From Candidatus Omnitrophota bacterium (lineage in GTDB: Bacteria > Omnitrophota > Gorgyraeia > Zapsychrales > Fredricksoniimonadaceae), in assembly GCA_044225175.1 (NCBI GenBank), contig JBGAJA010000002.1, positions 280,991 through 344,990 on the forward strand: 64,000 nucleotides of DNA, in the 5' to 3' direction. The translations under genes were made by a program, and so were the position numbers. The first letter of the stretch is position 1. Each line of letters starts with the position of its first letter. Positions 48,407-58,500 of this stretch are shown here, piece after piece. Under the pieces are notes generated by a model, which was given only the letters and a program-made list of their open reading frames with translations, ran no database searches and was not told the DNA's origin.

Positions 48407-48781
48407 TGTCATTGCGAGGAGCAAAGCGACGAAGCAATCTTAAATTATGTTGACAAAACAATATTACGTTTATTTTTTAACGAATTAGAATAATAAAGTT
48501 CTGTATGTAGGAGTAACGAACGATTTAAAGCGCAGAACCTATGAGCACAAGAGTGGATTGGTCGATGGATTCACTAAGAAATATCGTGTGAATAAATTAG
48601 TCTACTATGAAGTTGCCGAACTGATTGAAAGTGCGATTTTAAGAGAAAAACAGATTAAAGCTGGTTCGAGGAAAAAGAAAACGGACTTAATAACAAGTTT
48701 TAATCCTAATTGGGAAGACCTAGCTGACAAACTATAAAAAGATTGCTTCCTCAGTCGCTTCGCTTCTTCCTCGCAATGACA
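48407..48781. mobile_element. Small element: GIY-YIG gene between inverted TGTCATTGCGAG...GCAATC repeats
   Basis: Left arm 48407-48441 TGTCATTGCGAGGAGCAAAGCGACGAAGCAATCTT. Right arm 48739-48781, reverse complement TGTCATTGCGAGGAAGAAGCGAAGCGACTGAGGAAGCAATCTT. Lies between bioC and bioD. Confidence 0.7.
48447..48737 (+). pseudogene. GIY-YIG nuclease (YhbQ/UPF0213-like) with an internal amber stop
   Basis: MLTKQYYVYFLTN*NNKVLYVGVTNDLKRRTYEHKSG...FTKKYRVNKLVYYE...AILREKQIK...NPNWEDL; TAG at 48486-48488. Not in the ORF track. Confidence 0.88.
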
Positions 48782-48813
48782 AAATAAGTCTCTATATTTA
48801 GGAGAATCTTTAT

Positions 48814-49485
48814 ATGAAGCCTTATGAAACAAAGATAATCTTTATCACAGCAACAGATACAGGGGTTGGTAAGACTGTTGCAACAGCTGTGCTTGGAGTG
48901 CTCTTGCAATCTCAAGGTTTTAGGGTGGGGGTGCTTAAACCTGTTCAGTGTTCGGGGGATGATGCGGCATTTTTAAAGAGAATACTGAAAGTCGCGGATC
49001 CGCTTGCTGTCATCAATCCGATTTATGCCCCTGAAGCTTTGTCACCTCATTTGGCACTCAAACGGGCTGGACTTACATTTGATCTAAAGAAAATCAAACA
49101 ATCGTTATTAATAATGCGTCGCTGCTATGATGTTGTTTTGATTGAGGGGGCAGGGGGATTGATGGTGCCTTTAAGGCCAAATTACTATGTGGCAGACTTA
49201 ATTGGTGAGCTTAAAGCTGAGGTGGTGATTGTTTCCCGCTTAGGGTTGGGGACCATCAACCACACGTTGCTTACGATTAATGAAGCAAAGGCGCGTAAGA
49301 TTAAGATCAAAGGAGTTTTGTTTTCAGATAGTCGTCCTGGCAAAAAGACCCTTCCTGAACAAACAAACCCCCAAGAAATTGCTAAGTTATCTAAAATCAA
49401 AGTGCTTGGAACCATTCCCTATTTGAAATCATTAACTCCAAAGAACATTCTAAAAACATGCCAACACTTAAAACTCAACGTTTAA
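48814..49485 (+). CDS. bioD: Dethiobiotin synthase
   Basis: TATDTGVGKT, KPVQC, SPHLA, IEGAGG, LGTINHT. Confidence 0.95.
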   Translation: MKPYETKIIFITATDTGVGKTVATAVLGVLLQSQGFRVGVLKPVQCSGDDAAFLKRILKVADPLAVINPIYAPEALSPHLALKRAGLTFDLKKIKQSLLIMRRCYDVVLIEGAGGLMVPLRPNYYVADLIGELKAEVVIVSRLGLGTINHTLLTINEAKARKIKIKGVLFSDSRPGKKTLPEQTNPQEIAKLSKIKVLGTIPYLKSLTPKNILKTCQHLKLNV

Positions 49486-50765
49486 AAGCTATCGATAAGA
49501 AATACCTCTGGCATCCTTTCACCCAAATGAAGGATTGGCTGGCTGATTCCAATCAGCCACTTGTCATTGATCGGGCCCAAGGAGTTTATCTGTATGACAC
49601 AGACGGCCGAAAATACATAGATGGCGTCTCGTCTTTATGGGTCAATGTCCATGGGCATAGACATCCAGTCATTGATCGAGCCATCAAACAACAAATTGAC
49701 CGCCTAAGTCATTCCACATTACTAGGTTTGGCAAATACCCCTGCTGTTGAGCTGTCTAAGAAGTTAATCGACATTGCTCCCAAAGGTTTATCTAAGGTCT
49801 TTTATTCTGACAATGGATCAACCGCGGTTGAAATCGCCCTCAAACAAGCTTATCAATATTGGCAGAATGTAGGACAGACAAAGAAGCGAACGCTCGTGCA
49901 TTTATCTAACTCTTATCATGGAGACACATTAGGGTCAGTCAGCGTCGGGGGCATAGACTTATTTCATACGGTGTATGGGGGGCTTATATTTAAGACGATT
50001 GGACTTAAAGCACAGGGCCCGGGGGCGACCCAGGAATTTGAACATCTTCTTAAGACCAAAGCATCTTCTATGGCTGCCTTAGTTGTGGAACCTTTGGTAC
50101 AGGGAGCAGCAGGGATGATTATGTGGCCTAAAGGGGTGCTCAAGGAATTTAGAAGATTATGCACAAAGTACGATGTCTTTCTAATTGTCGATGAAGTAGC
50201 CACCGGATTTGGCCGTACAGGTAAGATGTTTGCCTGTGAGCATGAGAATGTGACCCCAGATTTTTTATGCCTAGCCAAAGGTCTAACCGGCGGCTACCTG
50301 CCGCTTGCCGCCACACTTACAACTGAGAAAGTCTACAATGGATTTCTGGTTCAAAAAGGTGTCAGACACCTTTTTTCTACGTTCTTTCATGGACATACGT
50401 ATACCGGTAATCCTTTGGCTTGTGCGGCCGCCTTGGCAAACTTGGAAATTTTTCAAAAAGAGCGTACTTTAGACAAGCTGGCCCCAAAAATTAAATTCCT
50501 AGCCCAGGAATTGAAAATGTTTTATAATCTGCCCTCTGTTTTGGATGTCCGCCAATGCGGCTTTATGGGTGGAATTGAGATCAAAGGACGCCCCGAAGAC
50601 CGCCTAGGTGCCAAGATTTGTCAGGAACTTCGAGCTAAGGGAGTCCTATTAAGACCTTTAGGCAATGTGATTGTCATTATGCCGCCTTTGGTCATCACGA
50701 TTAAAGAATTGAAATATTTATTGGAATGTGTTTATCAAACAATTAAAGATCATGGAACAAAATAA
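49458..50765 (+). CDS. bioA: Adenosylmethionine-8-amino-7-oxononanoate aminotransferase
   Basis: LWHPFTQM, SSLWVNVHGH, SDNGSTAVEIALK, YHGDT, DEVATGFGRTG, AKGLTGGYLP, HGHTYTGNP. Confidence 0.95.
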   Translation: MPTLKTQRLKAIDKKYLWHPFTQMKDWLADSNQPLVIDRAQGVYLYDTDGRKYIDGVSSLWVNVHGHRHPVIDRAIKQQIDRLSHSTLLGLANTPAVELSKKLIDIAPKGLSKVFYSDNGSTAVEIALKQAYQYWQNVGQTKKRTLVHLSNSYHGDTLGSVSVGGIDLFHTVYGGLIFKTIGLKAQGPGATQEFEHLLKTKASSMAALVVEPLVQGAAGMIMWPKGVLKEFRRLCTKYDVFLIVDEVATGFGRTGKMFACEHENVTPDFLCLAKGLTGGYLPLAATLTTEKVYNGFLVQKGVRHLFSTFFHGHTYTGNPLACAAALANLEIFQKERTLDKLAPKIKFLAQELKMFYNLPSVLDVRQCGFMGGIEIKGRPEDRLGAKICQELRAKGVLLRPLGNVIVIMPPLVITIKELKYLLECVYQTIKDHGTK

Positions 50766-51834
50766 AGACAAAACAGTATTTGTGGCTATGTCAGGCGGAG
50801 TTGATTCTTCCGTTGTGGCAGGATTAATTAAAGAGGCTGGCTACAAGACCGTTGGTGTTACCATGTGCTTTAATATCACCCACAGTGATGGGAAAGCTTC
50901 CTGTTGTGGGATTGAAGGCATTGCGGATGCTAAGCGTGCTGCAGAAATCATCGGTATTCCCCATTACGTCTTTAATTTTGCGGCTGATATTAATGACTTT
51001 ATCATCGATAACTTCGTCGATGAGTACTTAAAAGGCCGCACCCCGAACCCTTGTGTGCGCTGCAATCAACATCTCAAATTTGGAACTCTCTACGATAAAG
51101 TTAAATCCTTAGGTGCGGATTATATTGCAACGGGACATTATGGAATCATTGACCGCAATGACGGGCAGTATGAGCTAAAGAAATCCGTCGATGAACGTAA
51201 GGACCAGTCTTATTTTCTTTACAGTATGAAAAAAGAAACTCTGCCGTCTGTTCTTTTTCCTTTAGGAGGATTAACTAAAGGAGAGGTACGTGATTTAGCA
51301 CGTAAATTCCATCTTAATACGGCAGACAAACCCGAAAGCCAAGACATTTGTTTTGTACCAGCTGCCGGGTATAAAAAATTTATTGAAGATCGCGTGGGAA
51401 AAGAAGTGATGGTTCCAGGAGATTTTATGGATGAGAATGGAAAGGTCGTAGGTCAACACAAGGGAATTGCTAATTATACGATTGGTCAGCGGGATAAATT
51501 GGGGATTGCCTTAGGTTATCCTGTGTATGTTTATAAGATTGATTCTCAAACCAACACTGTTCATGTAGGGAATCTTGAAAAACTCTATTCCAAAGGATTA
51601 GTGGCTTCCCAGGCCAATTGGGTGAGCATGGAAATTCCCAAAGAAAGCATAGAAGTATGGGCAAGAATTCGTTATAATTCTCCTGAAGTTAAAGCCAAAC
51701 TTACAGCGACGGATGAGAACACAATTCGGCTTGATTTTTATGAGCCGCAAAAATCCGTCACACCAGGACAGTCAGTCGTTTTTTATAAAGACGATGTGGT
51801 TTTAGGTGGAGCAATTATAGAGAATTCTATTTAA
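50752..51834 (+). CDS. mnmA: tRNA 2-thiouridine(34) synthase MnmA
   Basis: AMSGGVDSS, TPNPCVRCN, ATGHY, KDQSYFL, ESQDICF, TIGQR, TPGQS; likely start ATG 50752. Confidence 0.96.
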   Translation: MEQNKDKTVFVAMSGGVDSSVVAGLIKEAGYKTVGVTMCFNITHSDGKASCCGIEGIADAKRAAEIIGIPHYVFNFAADINDFIIDNFVDEYLKGRTPNPCVRCNQHLKFGTLYDKVKSLGADYIATGHYGIIDRNDGQYELKKSVDERKDQSYFLYSMKKETLPSVLFPLGGLTKGEVRDLARKFHLNTADKPESQDICFVPAAGYKKFIEDRVGKEVMVPGDFMDENGKVVGQHKGIANYTIGQRDKLGIALGYPVYVYKIDSQTNTVHVGNLEKLYSKGLVASQANWVSMEIPKESIEVWARIRYNSPEVKAKLTATDENTIRLDFYEPQKSVTPGQSVVFYKDDVVLGGAIIENSI

Positions 51835-51849
51835 TCCGAGGATAAACCT

Positions 51850-52494
51850 ATGTTAAGAATTTTTTCCATGCTCGTTGTTTTGATGTTAGTGTCCAGCCTT
51901 GTCTTTGCTCAAGCAGTAAATCCAGCCCGCGAATATGAACGAAGAAGAAATTCTGAAGCCCCTGCCGATGGCGTTTGGTATGTCTATGATCGTGAAGGAA
52001 ATCTTTCCAAAGAAGAACATTACAAAACATATCGTTTAGATGGTGAAGTTAAAAGTTTTTATAAAAGTGGTGCTATTAAAGCTATTACTCCTTATGTGGA
52101 TGGTTTTCGTGAAGGTTTAGAGAGAACATATTTTGAAAAGGGCGGTTTAATGGGTGAGAATACTTACTCCAGAAATAATCTCAATGGAACAAGCCATCAA
52201 TATTACGACGACGGTTCTCTTCAGCAAGAATCAAATTACCTTAATGGCCAGCTCAACGGCGTTACAAAGATTTATTATAGAAATGGAAATTTAAAACAAG
52301 TTTGGAACTACAAGCTTGGTGTGATTAATGGGACAGTCCTTAATTATGGTGAGGATGGACAAATTAAATCAGAAGATATTTATTCCAAAGGCGAAATAGC
52401 TTCCCATAAAGATTATGTGAATGATGTTTCTACGCTTGTAGCTGGTGAAAAAGCTCCAGCACCAGCAAGTAAGACCCCTGCCGCTAAACCATAA
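51850..52494 (+). CDS. Secreted MORN-variant repeat protein (YwqK-like)
   Basis: Signal peptide ..VFA-Q; repeated G....YY.NG.L..E..Y..G...G units. Confidence 0.8.
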   Translation: MLRIFSMLVVLMLVSSLVFAQAVNPAREYERRRNSEAPADGVWYVYDREGNLSKEEHYKTYRLDGEVKSFYKSGAIKAITPYVDGFREGLERTYFEKGGLMGENTYSRNNLNGTSHQYYDDGSLQQESNYLNGQLNGVTKIYYRNGNLKQVWNYKLGVINGTVLNYGEDGQIKSEDIYSKGEIASHKDYVNDVSTLVAGEKAPAPASKTPAAKP

Positions 52495-52512
52495 TAGATA
52501 GAAAGCCGCGCC

Positions 52513-53781
52513 ATGATTTCTTTAAACACGGATTATCTCAAAGGCTTCGTTAATAACGAAGACATTCAAAAAACTTTACCTGAAATTAAAACTGCCCACG
52601 AGGCTTTGCATTCGGGAACCGGCAAGGGTTCTGAATTTACTGGCTGGCTGGATTTGCCCTCTCGCATCTCTGATGATTTGATCAAAGAACTTCAAACATT
52701 GGCCCAGGATGTTCAGAGAGATTGCGATTGTTTGGTTTCCATCGGTATCGGTGGTTCGTATTTAGGGATTCGTGCGACGGTGGAATTTTTAGGTGGGAGC
52801 AAACTTCCTATTTATTATGCTGGGCATAATATCAGCAGCGACTATTTGCATGGACTTTTGGAAACGCTTAAAGATAAACGACCTGCGGTTGTTGTGATTT
52901 CCAAGTCAGGTACAACGACGGAACCTGCCATCGCTTTTCGTGCCATTAAAAAATTATTAGAATCAAAATATACACCTGTAGAATTAAAGAAACGTATCAT
53001 TTGTGTGACGGATGAAAAGAAAGGTGCTTTGCGCCAAATCGTCAACAAGAACGGCTATCGTTCATTTGTGATTCCTGATGATGTGGGCGGACGGTTTTCT
53101 ATTTTGACGCCAGTTGGTTTGGTTCCTTTAGCTTTAGCTGGTGTCGATATCAAATCTTTAGTTGATGGGGCTAAAAAGGCCCAAGCTGAATACGCTCAAA
53201 TGGATTTAGAGAAGAATAATTGTTATCGCTATGCCGCCATCCGTAATGTTCTTTATCGCAAGGCCAAGAAGATTGAAGTGGTTTCCTCATTTTATCCGCA
53301 AGTGCAGTTTGTAGCCGAATGGTTTAAGCAATTGTTTGGTGAGAGTGAAGGTAAGGATGGGAAAGGGATTTTTCCTGCATCCATGATTTTCTCGACGGAC
53401 CTACACTCTATGGGGCAACAAATGCAAGACGGAGAACGTAATATCTTTGAAACATTTATTGCCATTGATAAACCAGCGCACGATGTCATTGTTCCTCATG
53501 ATGAAGATGATTTAGATGGTTTTAATTATGTGGCGGGAAAGACATTTGACTTCGTCAACAAAAAGGCTTATGAAGCAACGTCAGCGGCACACTTTGAAGG
53601 TGGTGTTCCTAATATGACACTCACCTTGTGTAAGGCAGATGCCTTTCATCTAGGTCATTTATTTTTCTTCTATGAGAAGGCGGTTGCAATCTCGGGGTAT
53701 GTCTTGGATGTAAATCCCTTTGATCAGCCGGGTGTTGAAGCCTACAAGAAAAAAATGTTTGCCCTTCTTGGCAAAAAATAA
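52513..53781 (+). CDS. pgi: Glucose-6-phosphate isomerase
   Basis: GWLDLP, GIGGSYLG, SKSGTTTEPA, DDVGGRFS, QLFGESEGK, DLHSMGQ, NPFDQPGVEAYK. Confidence 0.96.
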   Translation: MISLNTDYLKGFVNNEDIQKTLPEIKTAHEALHSGTGKGSEFTGWLDLPSRISDDLIKELQTLAQDVQRDCDCLVSIGIGGSYLGIRATVEFLGGSKLPIYYAGHNISSDYLHGLLETLKDKRPAVVVISKSGTTTEPAIAFRAIKKLLESKYTPVELKKRIICVTDEKKGALRQIVNKNGYRSFVIPDDVGGRFSILTPVGLVPLALAGVDIKSLVDGAKKAQAEYAQMDLEKNNCYRYAAIRNVLYRKAKKIEVVSSFYPQVQFVAEWFKQLFGESEGKDGKGIFPASMIFSTDLHSMGQQMQDGERNIFETFIAIDKPAHDVIVPHDEDDLDGFNYVAGKTFDFVNKKAYEATSAAHFEGGVPNMTLTLCKADAFHLGHLFFFYEKAVAISGYVLDVNPFDQPGVEAYKKKMFALLGKK

Positions 53782-53784
53782 TTT

Positions 53785-55407
53785 ATGCCTTCGGTCATTG
53801 AAGTCCGTAATCTTAAGAAAACCTTCCGATCTCGCAGGGAAATCATTGAGGCTATTAAAGACACCGATTTAGACGTGGAACAAGGAGAAGTTCTTGGGAT
53901 CCTTGGTCCCAATGGTGCAGGAAAAACCACATTTCTAAACACTCTTTCTACCCTTCTTTTGCCTGATAGTGGTTCCATTAAGATCCTGGGAATCGAATCC
54001 ACCCCTAGAAATTTCTCTTCCATCCGCAGACTCATCAATATGTCTTCGGGTTATCCTAACTATGCGTTTAGTCTAACTGTGAAAGAGAATCTGGAATTCT
54101 ACGGCAGGCTTTATGGATTAATGGGTAAGCCTCTTGAGAAAAAGATCGATGAGGTGATGGAGCTCTTTTTATTGACGACATATGCCAATCGCAGGTTTGA
54201 TGAATTATCCTCGGGGACTAAGCAGCGTTTATCTTTGGCCAAATCATTGCTGAATGATCCAAAGATTCTTTTCTTAGATGAGCCTACGATTGGATTAGAT
54301 CCAGATGTAGCCATTCAAACGAGGGAAGTCGTTAAACGCATCCTTAAAGAACGCCAAATGACTGTCCTTTTTACCAGCCACAATATGGCTGAGATTGAAG
54401 AAATGTGTGAACGTGTGGCGTTTATTCAAAAAGGGACGATTGTAAAGCTTGCGGCTATAGATGAGCTCAAGCGCCTACATAAAACCGACAATTTAGAGCA
54501 AGTCTTCATTCAACTCTCCCGAGAGACCCAAACTACCCAAATTAAACAAAAAGGTGCCCAAAAAGGTGTCAGACACCTTTTTGAAGAATCGCAACCTCAA
54601 AAAAGGTGTCAGACACCTTTTTCACTATCCCAGTGGTTCAATCGTTGCTATGCCTTTACATTTCGCAGTTGTATATTTGCCATCCGCAATCTCTTTGTCA
54701 TGACAGATGTTTTTTTCTGGCCCATGATCAGTTTGATTTCTATGGGGCTTATGTTTAAGTTTGTCCATCTTGAAAATCATGTGCTGGAATTTGTCATGAC
54801 AGGAACTTTAGCTGCAGGTGTCCTGCAAATTGTCCAGTTGGATGTAGGCTATACGATTCTTTATGAGCTGTGGTCCAAAAGTCTTAAGCACACCATGTTA
54901 ACTCCAGTTGGAACAACCGAAGGGGTGGTTGGAACTTTGCTTTCTGGTATATTTCGTGGAACTATTAGTTTTATTATTCTAGCCATTGCAGCAGTTTGGT
55001 GGTTTGGCTTTGAACTTCCGCCTTTTGGGGTAACGCTGGCATTTTTATTAGGAATTTTTGGATGCGCTTTAATTTTGGGAATTATTGTAAACATTCTCAT
55101 TTTATCTTTTGGCCAAAAAGTCGAAATCACCGCTTGGATGTTTGCCCATTTATTCCTCATTTTATGCGGAATTTATTACCCCATAGATGTTTTGCCAGAC
55201 GTTTTCCAAAAAATAGCATTAGTGGTTCCAATTACCCACTTTTTAGAGTATTTTAGGCAATATTATGGATTTAAAGCCCACACAAACAATCCATTGATAT
55301 ATGGATATGGTTTAACAATGATTTACATTTTTGTCTTTTTACACTTCCTTTCCCAATCCTACATTCGCGCCCGCCAAAAAGGCATCATCATCCGCCTTTC
55401 GGAATAA
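53785..55407 (+). CDS. ABC-2 type exporter: ATP-binding domain fused to permease
   Basis: GPNGAGKTT, LSSGTKQRL, LDEPT, SH, followed by about six TM segments with GIYYPIDVLP..PITH. Confidence 0.88.
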   Translation: MPSVIEVRNLKKTFRSRREIIEAIKDTDLDVEQGEVLGILGPNGAGKTTFLNTLSTLLLPDSGSIKILGIESTPRNFSSIRRLINMSSGYPNYAFSLTVKENLEFYGRLYGLMGKPLEKKIDEVMELFLLTTYANRRFDELSSGTKQRLSLAKSLLNDPKILFLDEPTIGLDPDVAIQTREVVKRILKERQMTVLFTSHNMAEIEEMCERVAFIQKGTIVKLAAIDELKRLHKTDNLEQVFIQLSRETQTTQIKQKGAQKGVRHLFEESQPQKRCQTPFSLSQWFNRCYAFTFRSCIFAIRNLFVMTDVFFWPMISLISMGLMFKFVHLENHVLEFVMTGTLAAGVLQIVQLDVGYTILYELWSKSLKHTMLTPVGTTEGVVGTLLSGIFRGTISFIILAIAAVWWFGFELPPFGVTLAFLLGIFGCALILGIIVNILILSFGQKVEITAWMFAHLFLILCGIYYPIDVLPDVFQKIALVVPITHFLEYFRQYYGFKAHTNNPLIYGYGLTMIYIFVFLHFLSQSYIRARQKGIIIRLSE

Positions 55408-55414
55408 TCCAATA

Positions 55415-55468
55415 AAAAATAGGGTGAACTCACATTTTTAGAAGAAACAGGAAGTTGCCCCTATTTTT
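55415..55468. terminator. Imperfect inverted repeat after the ABC gene; possible terminator or REP-like pair
   Basis: AAAAATAGGGTGAACT ... AGTTGCCCCTATTTTT. Confidence 0.4.
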
Positions 55469-55563
55469 GAGAAAGCGTTATCTCAAAGAGGGGTTCTAAG
55501 CCTTGTTTTCGTCAACTTTAGGTGTAATACTTTAGGTATATTAATAAGCAGTATATAAAGTAT

Positions 55564-58500
55564 ATGAGAACCCCCATATCTATCCTAACTTTGATGTGTT
55601 TCTTTTTCACAAGCATATGTGGCCCTATGCCTGTGAATGCCCAGGAAATTCATTTAACAAAACCTGGGGTAATGGTCCATTTAAGCACTCCTGTAACCCC
55701 ACCTCTACTCAAAGGAATCAAGGTCCATCCAGACAACCCATTTAGGTTCGATTTTATCCTGGATACAGGGTCACGTTCCGTCGATGATGCACATAAATTG
55801 AAGGAAGAGTCCAACCGACTAATCAAGTACTTTTTAGCCTCTTTAACCATTCCCGAAGCGGACCTTTGGGTGAACCTAAGCCCCTATGAAAAAAACCGCA
55901 TTGTCCCCGAAAGCTTTGGCCAAACCGAGATGGGACGTGACCTATTAGCCCAGGACTACATGCTAAAGCAGATCACAGCCAGCCTTATGTACCCAGAAGA
56001 TGAGATAGGAAAGAGATTCTGGAGAAGAATCTATGAAGAATCAGCCAAAAGGTATGGAACAACCAACATTCCAGTCAACACATTCAACAAGGTATGGATA
56101 GTCCCCGAGAAAGCCGTAGTCTATGAGAATGCAAAGGCCGGAACAGCCTATGTAGTGGAATCCAGGCTGAAAGTGATGTTAGAAGAAGACTACGTAGCCT
56201 CCAAAAAGGTGTCAGACACCTTTTTGAAGGGGCAGAGTGATAAAAAGGTGTCTGACACCATTTTGCACAGTCAGATCATACGGGAGGTTGTTATTCCTGA
56301 ATTGACCAAAGAAATCAATGAAGGATCCAATTTTGTGCAGCTTAGGCAGGTTTATAGTTCCTTGATTTTAGCTACTTGGTACAAGAAGAAGATCAAGGAT
56401 TCACTATTGGCGCAGGTGTATGCGGATAAGAATAAGGTCATGGGTCTTGGGTATATGGGAGGCGGATCGGAACAGATTTACCAACGATACCTCCAAGCTT
56501 TTAAAAAAGGCGTTTATAACTACATCAAAGAAGAACCCGATCCCATAACCCAACAATCTGTCCCTCGAAAATATTTCTCTGGTGGAATGGCATTTGATCA
56601 TGCCATGAATGTAACGATTAAATATACGGGTGAAATTGCAGGTCCAATTAATTCTGCCATGCAAGTGACTGTTGATATGTCAATAGCAAATCATGTAGAG
56701 TTAGAGCATTCTACCGACCAAGCTATGAGCGCAGTCCTCCATCAAAGCGATTTGCCCAGGCTATATTGGGGAAATATTGTTCAGCGTTTAATCTTTTCTT
56801 TAGTGGATCGCTTTAGAACCGGCGAGAACATTCAAAGAGAGGATCTTGTTACATCCGCACAGGCGCTCACACAACAATTTACCCCTGAAGCTACTGCTTC
56901 TGAAAAGCAATTATTCGAAGATGTTATGAAAGGGGCAGATCTAAAAGGGTTAGGTAAGACAAGGTTAAATGTCGCTACCATTATGGCTGCTTTTATTGCT
57001 CAACAAGCTATTGGGGCAGATACAGATTCTCAAGAATTCACTAATGTTTATCTGCCAAGAGATATGGGCTTAGGATACACCATTGAAAAAACGTTAGCAT
57101 CATTAAAAGATGAGACAAGAGAACCTGGCATATATTATCTTAGTCGAGATAGTTTGGAAGAAGGAGTTTATTCAAGAGTCAGCAACATTATTGAGAATGT
57201 AAAAGCCAAACAAAAATTAATTAATGCCTTAGCAGAGACTCCTAAAGAGCGAAGACGGATATTTATTCAATACGTAGGTCGAGAGATCATGGAAGATGAT
57301 CTTTGCAGACCAGCCGCAAAAAGGATTCTTAAAGAATTAAAAGAGTTGGGCATTATTAAGAACAACGCCAAATTAAGATTCGTGGATACAGGATATAAAA
57401 CTTTTCCTATCATGCTTCAAGCCATCATCGCTGCAGCGAGTGAATTAGATGCTTTTCATATTCAAACGGAAGGCCTCGTCATTAACAGTTCCATTGAAGC
57501 TTATCTTGATCAAATTGATCCTAAGAAGTGGGACGCGCCATCTCAAAGACTTGCTTCATTCAATCCTTTTTCAAAATTAGCAAGACCGGGAATTTTGGGA
57601 TTTATGGAGGATGACAATGCCTTACCTCACCCATTTCGGTTTAGCAAAACTCATAAAGGAATGGTTGCAACAGACGCCAAAACACAAAGAGAAGCGTACG
57701 CAACTCAGATTATGTTTGGTTTTGGTGCGATTGAATATCAGAGGTTAATTGATGAATTAGCTAAAAATTTGCTCGCTCAAGGGGTTTCAAAATTAGATTC
57801 TAAAGAGATATCTCAAGAATTAATTGCCCAGTTGGTAGGCCTCACTAAAGCAGACCAGAGTGATGATTATGTGCGAGAGCTAGATATAAAAACCGACCTA
57901 TATTTTACTGAGTTCAAAACAGTCTTTGCAGGTCGTATGAATTCAATGCAAAACAACATTCATGACGTCTATGGTTATAAGGATTTTAAAATAAAAGAAA
58001 TGAACCCGGATATTTTATCAACTATCCTGAAAATATCAGAAGAGAAATACAAGATAGATGTCAGTTTTCACAGATCGATTAAAGAATTTTATCCAAGAAA
58101 AGAACACATGAATTTTCTAAGTGCTAATTTTAAAATAAAAAACGAATTAATTTTCGATACAATCTCACAATTTAAAAAGGCTCCACATGAATCAAAACTA
58201 AAATCTTTGCTTTTTTATTTTAAAAAATTTGGAAAATTAATTAATACTCCAAGAAATCTTTTCAAAGACTCACAAGAAAAAGAAGATACTGACCCTGCCA
58301 TGAAATCCTCTAAAACCATAAAAAATGGAATCATCGGCGCAATTGCAGCAGCTATTACAAGTAGTTTGAGCGGTTGTTATACATCTGAGGCGGGGAAGAA
58401 TTATCAAAATACCTTGGAACGTAGAAAAGAAGTCATTCCCGCCAAAGAGGGAGACCACACTCCCTTATCAAGTGCAATTTGGGATTCATCTATTGAAAGA

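Noticed and set aside
48486-48488. Amber recoding or alternative genetic code
   Set aside because: TAG terminates the giant ORF, rlmN, the YqhA-family gene and bioC normally. A nonsense mutation or sequencing error is simpler.
48605-48832. 75-aa minus-strand ORF
   Set aside because: It is antisense to the GIY-YIG pseudogene, and its CHCEEEAKRLRKQS segment is the translated inverted repeat.
54548-56264. CRISPR array from the paired 23-bp repeats with 16-17 nt gaps
   Set aside because: At most two adjacent copies, gaps too short for spacers, located inside CDSs, and no cas genes.
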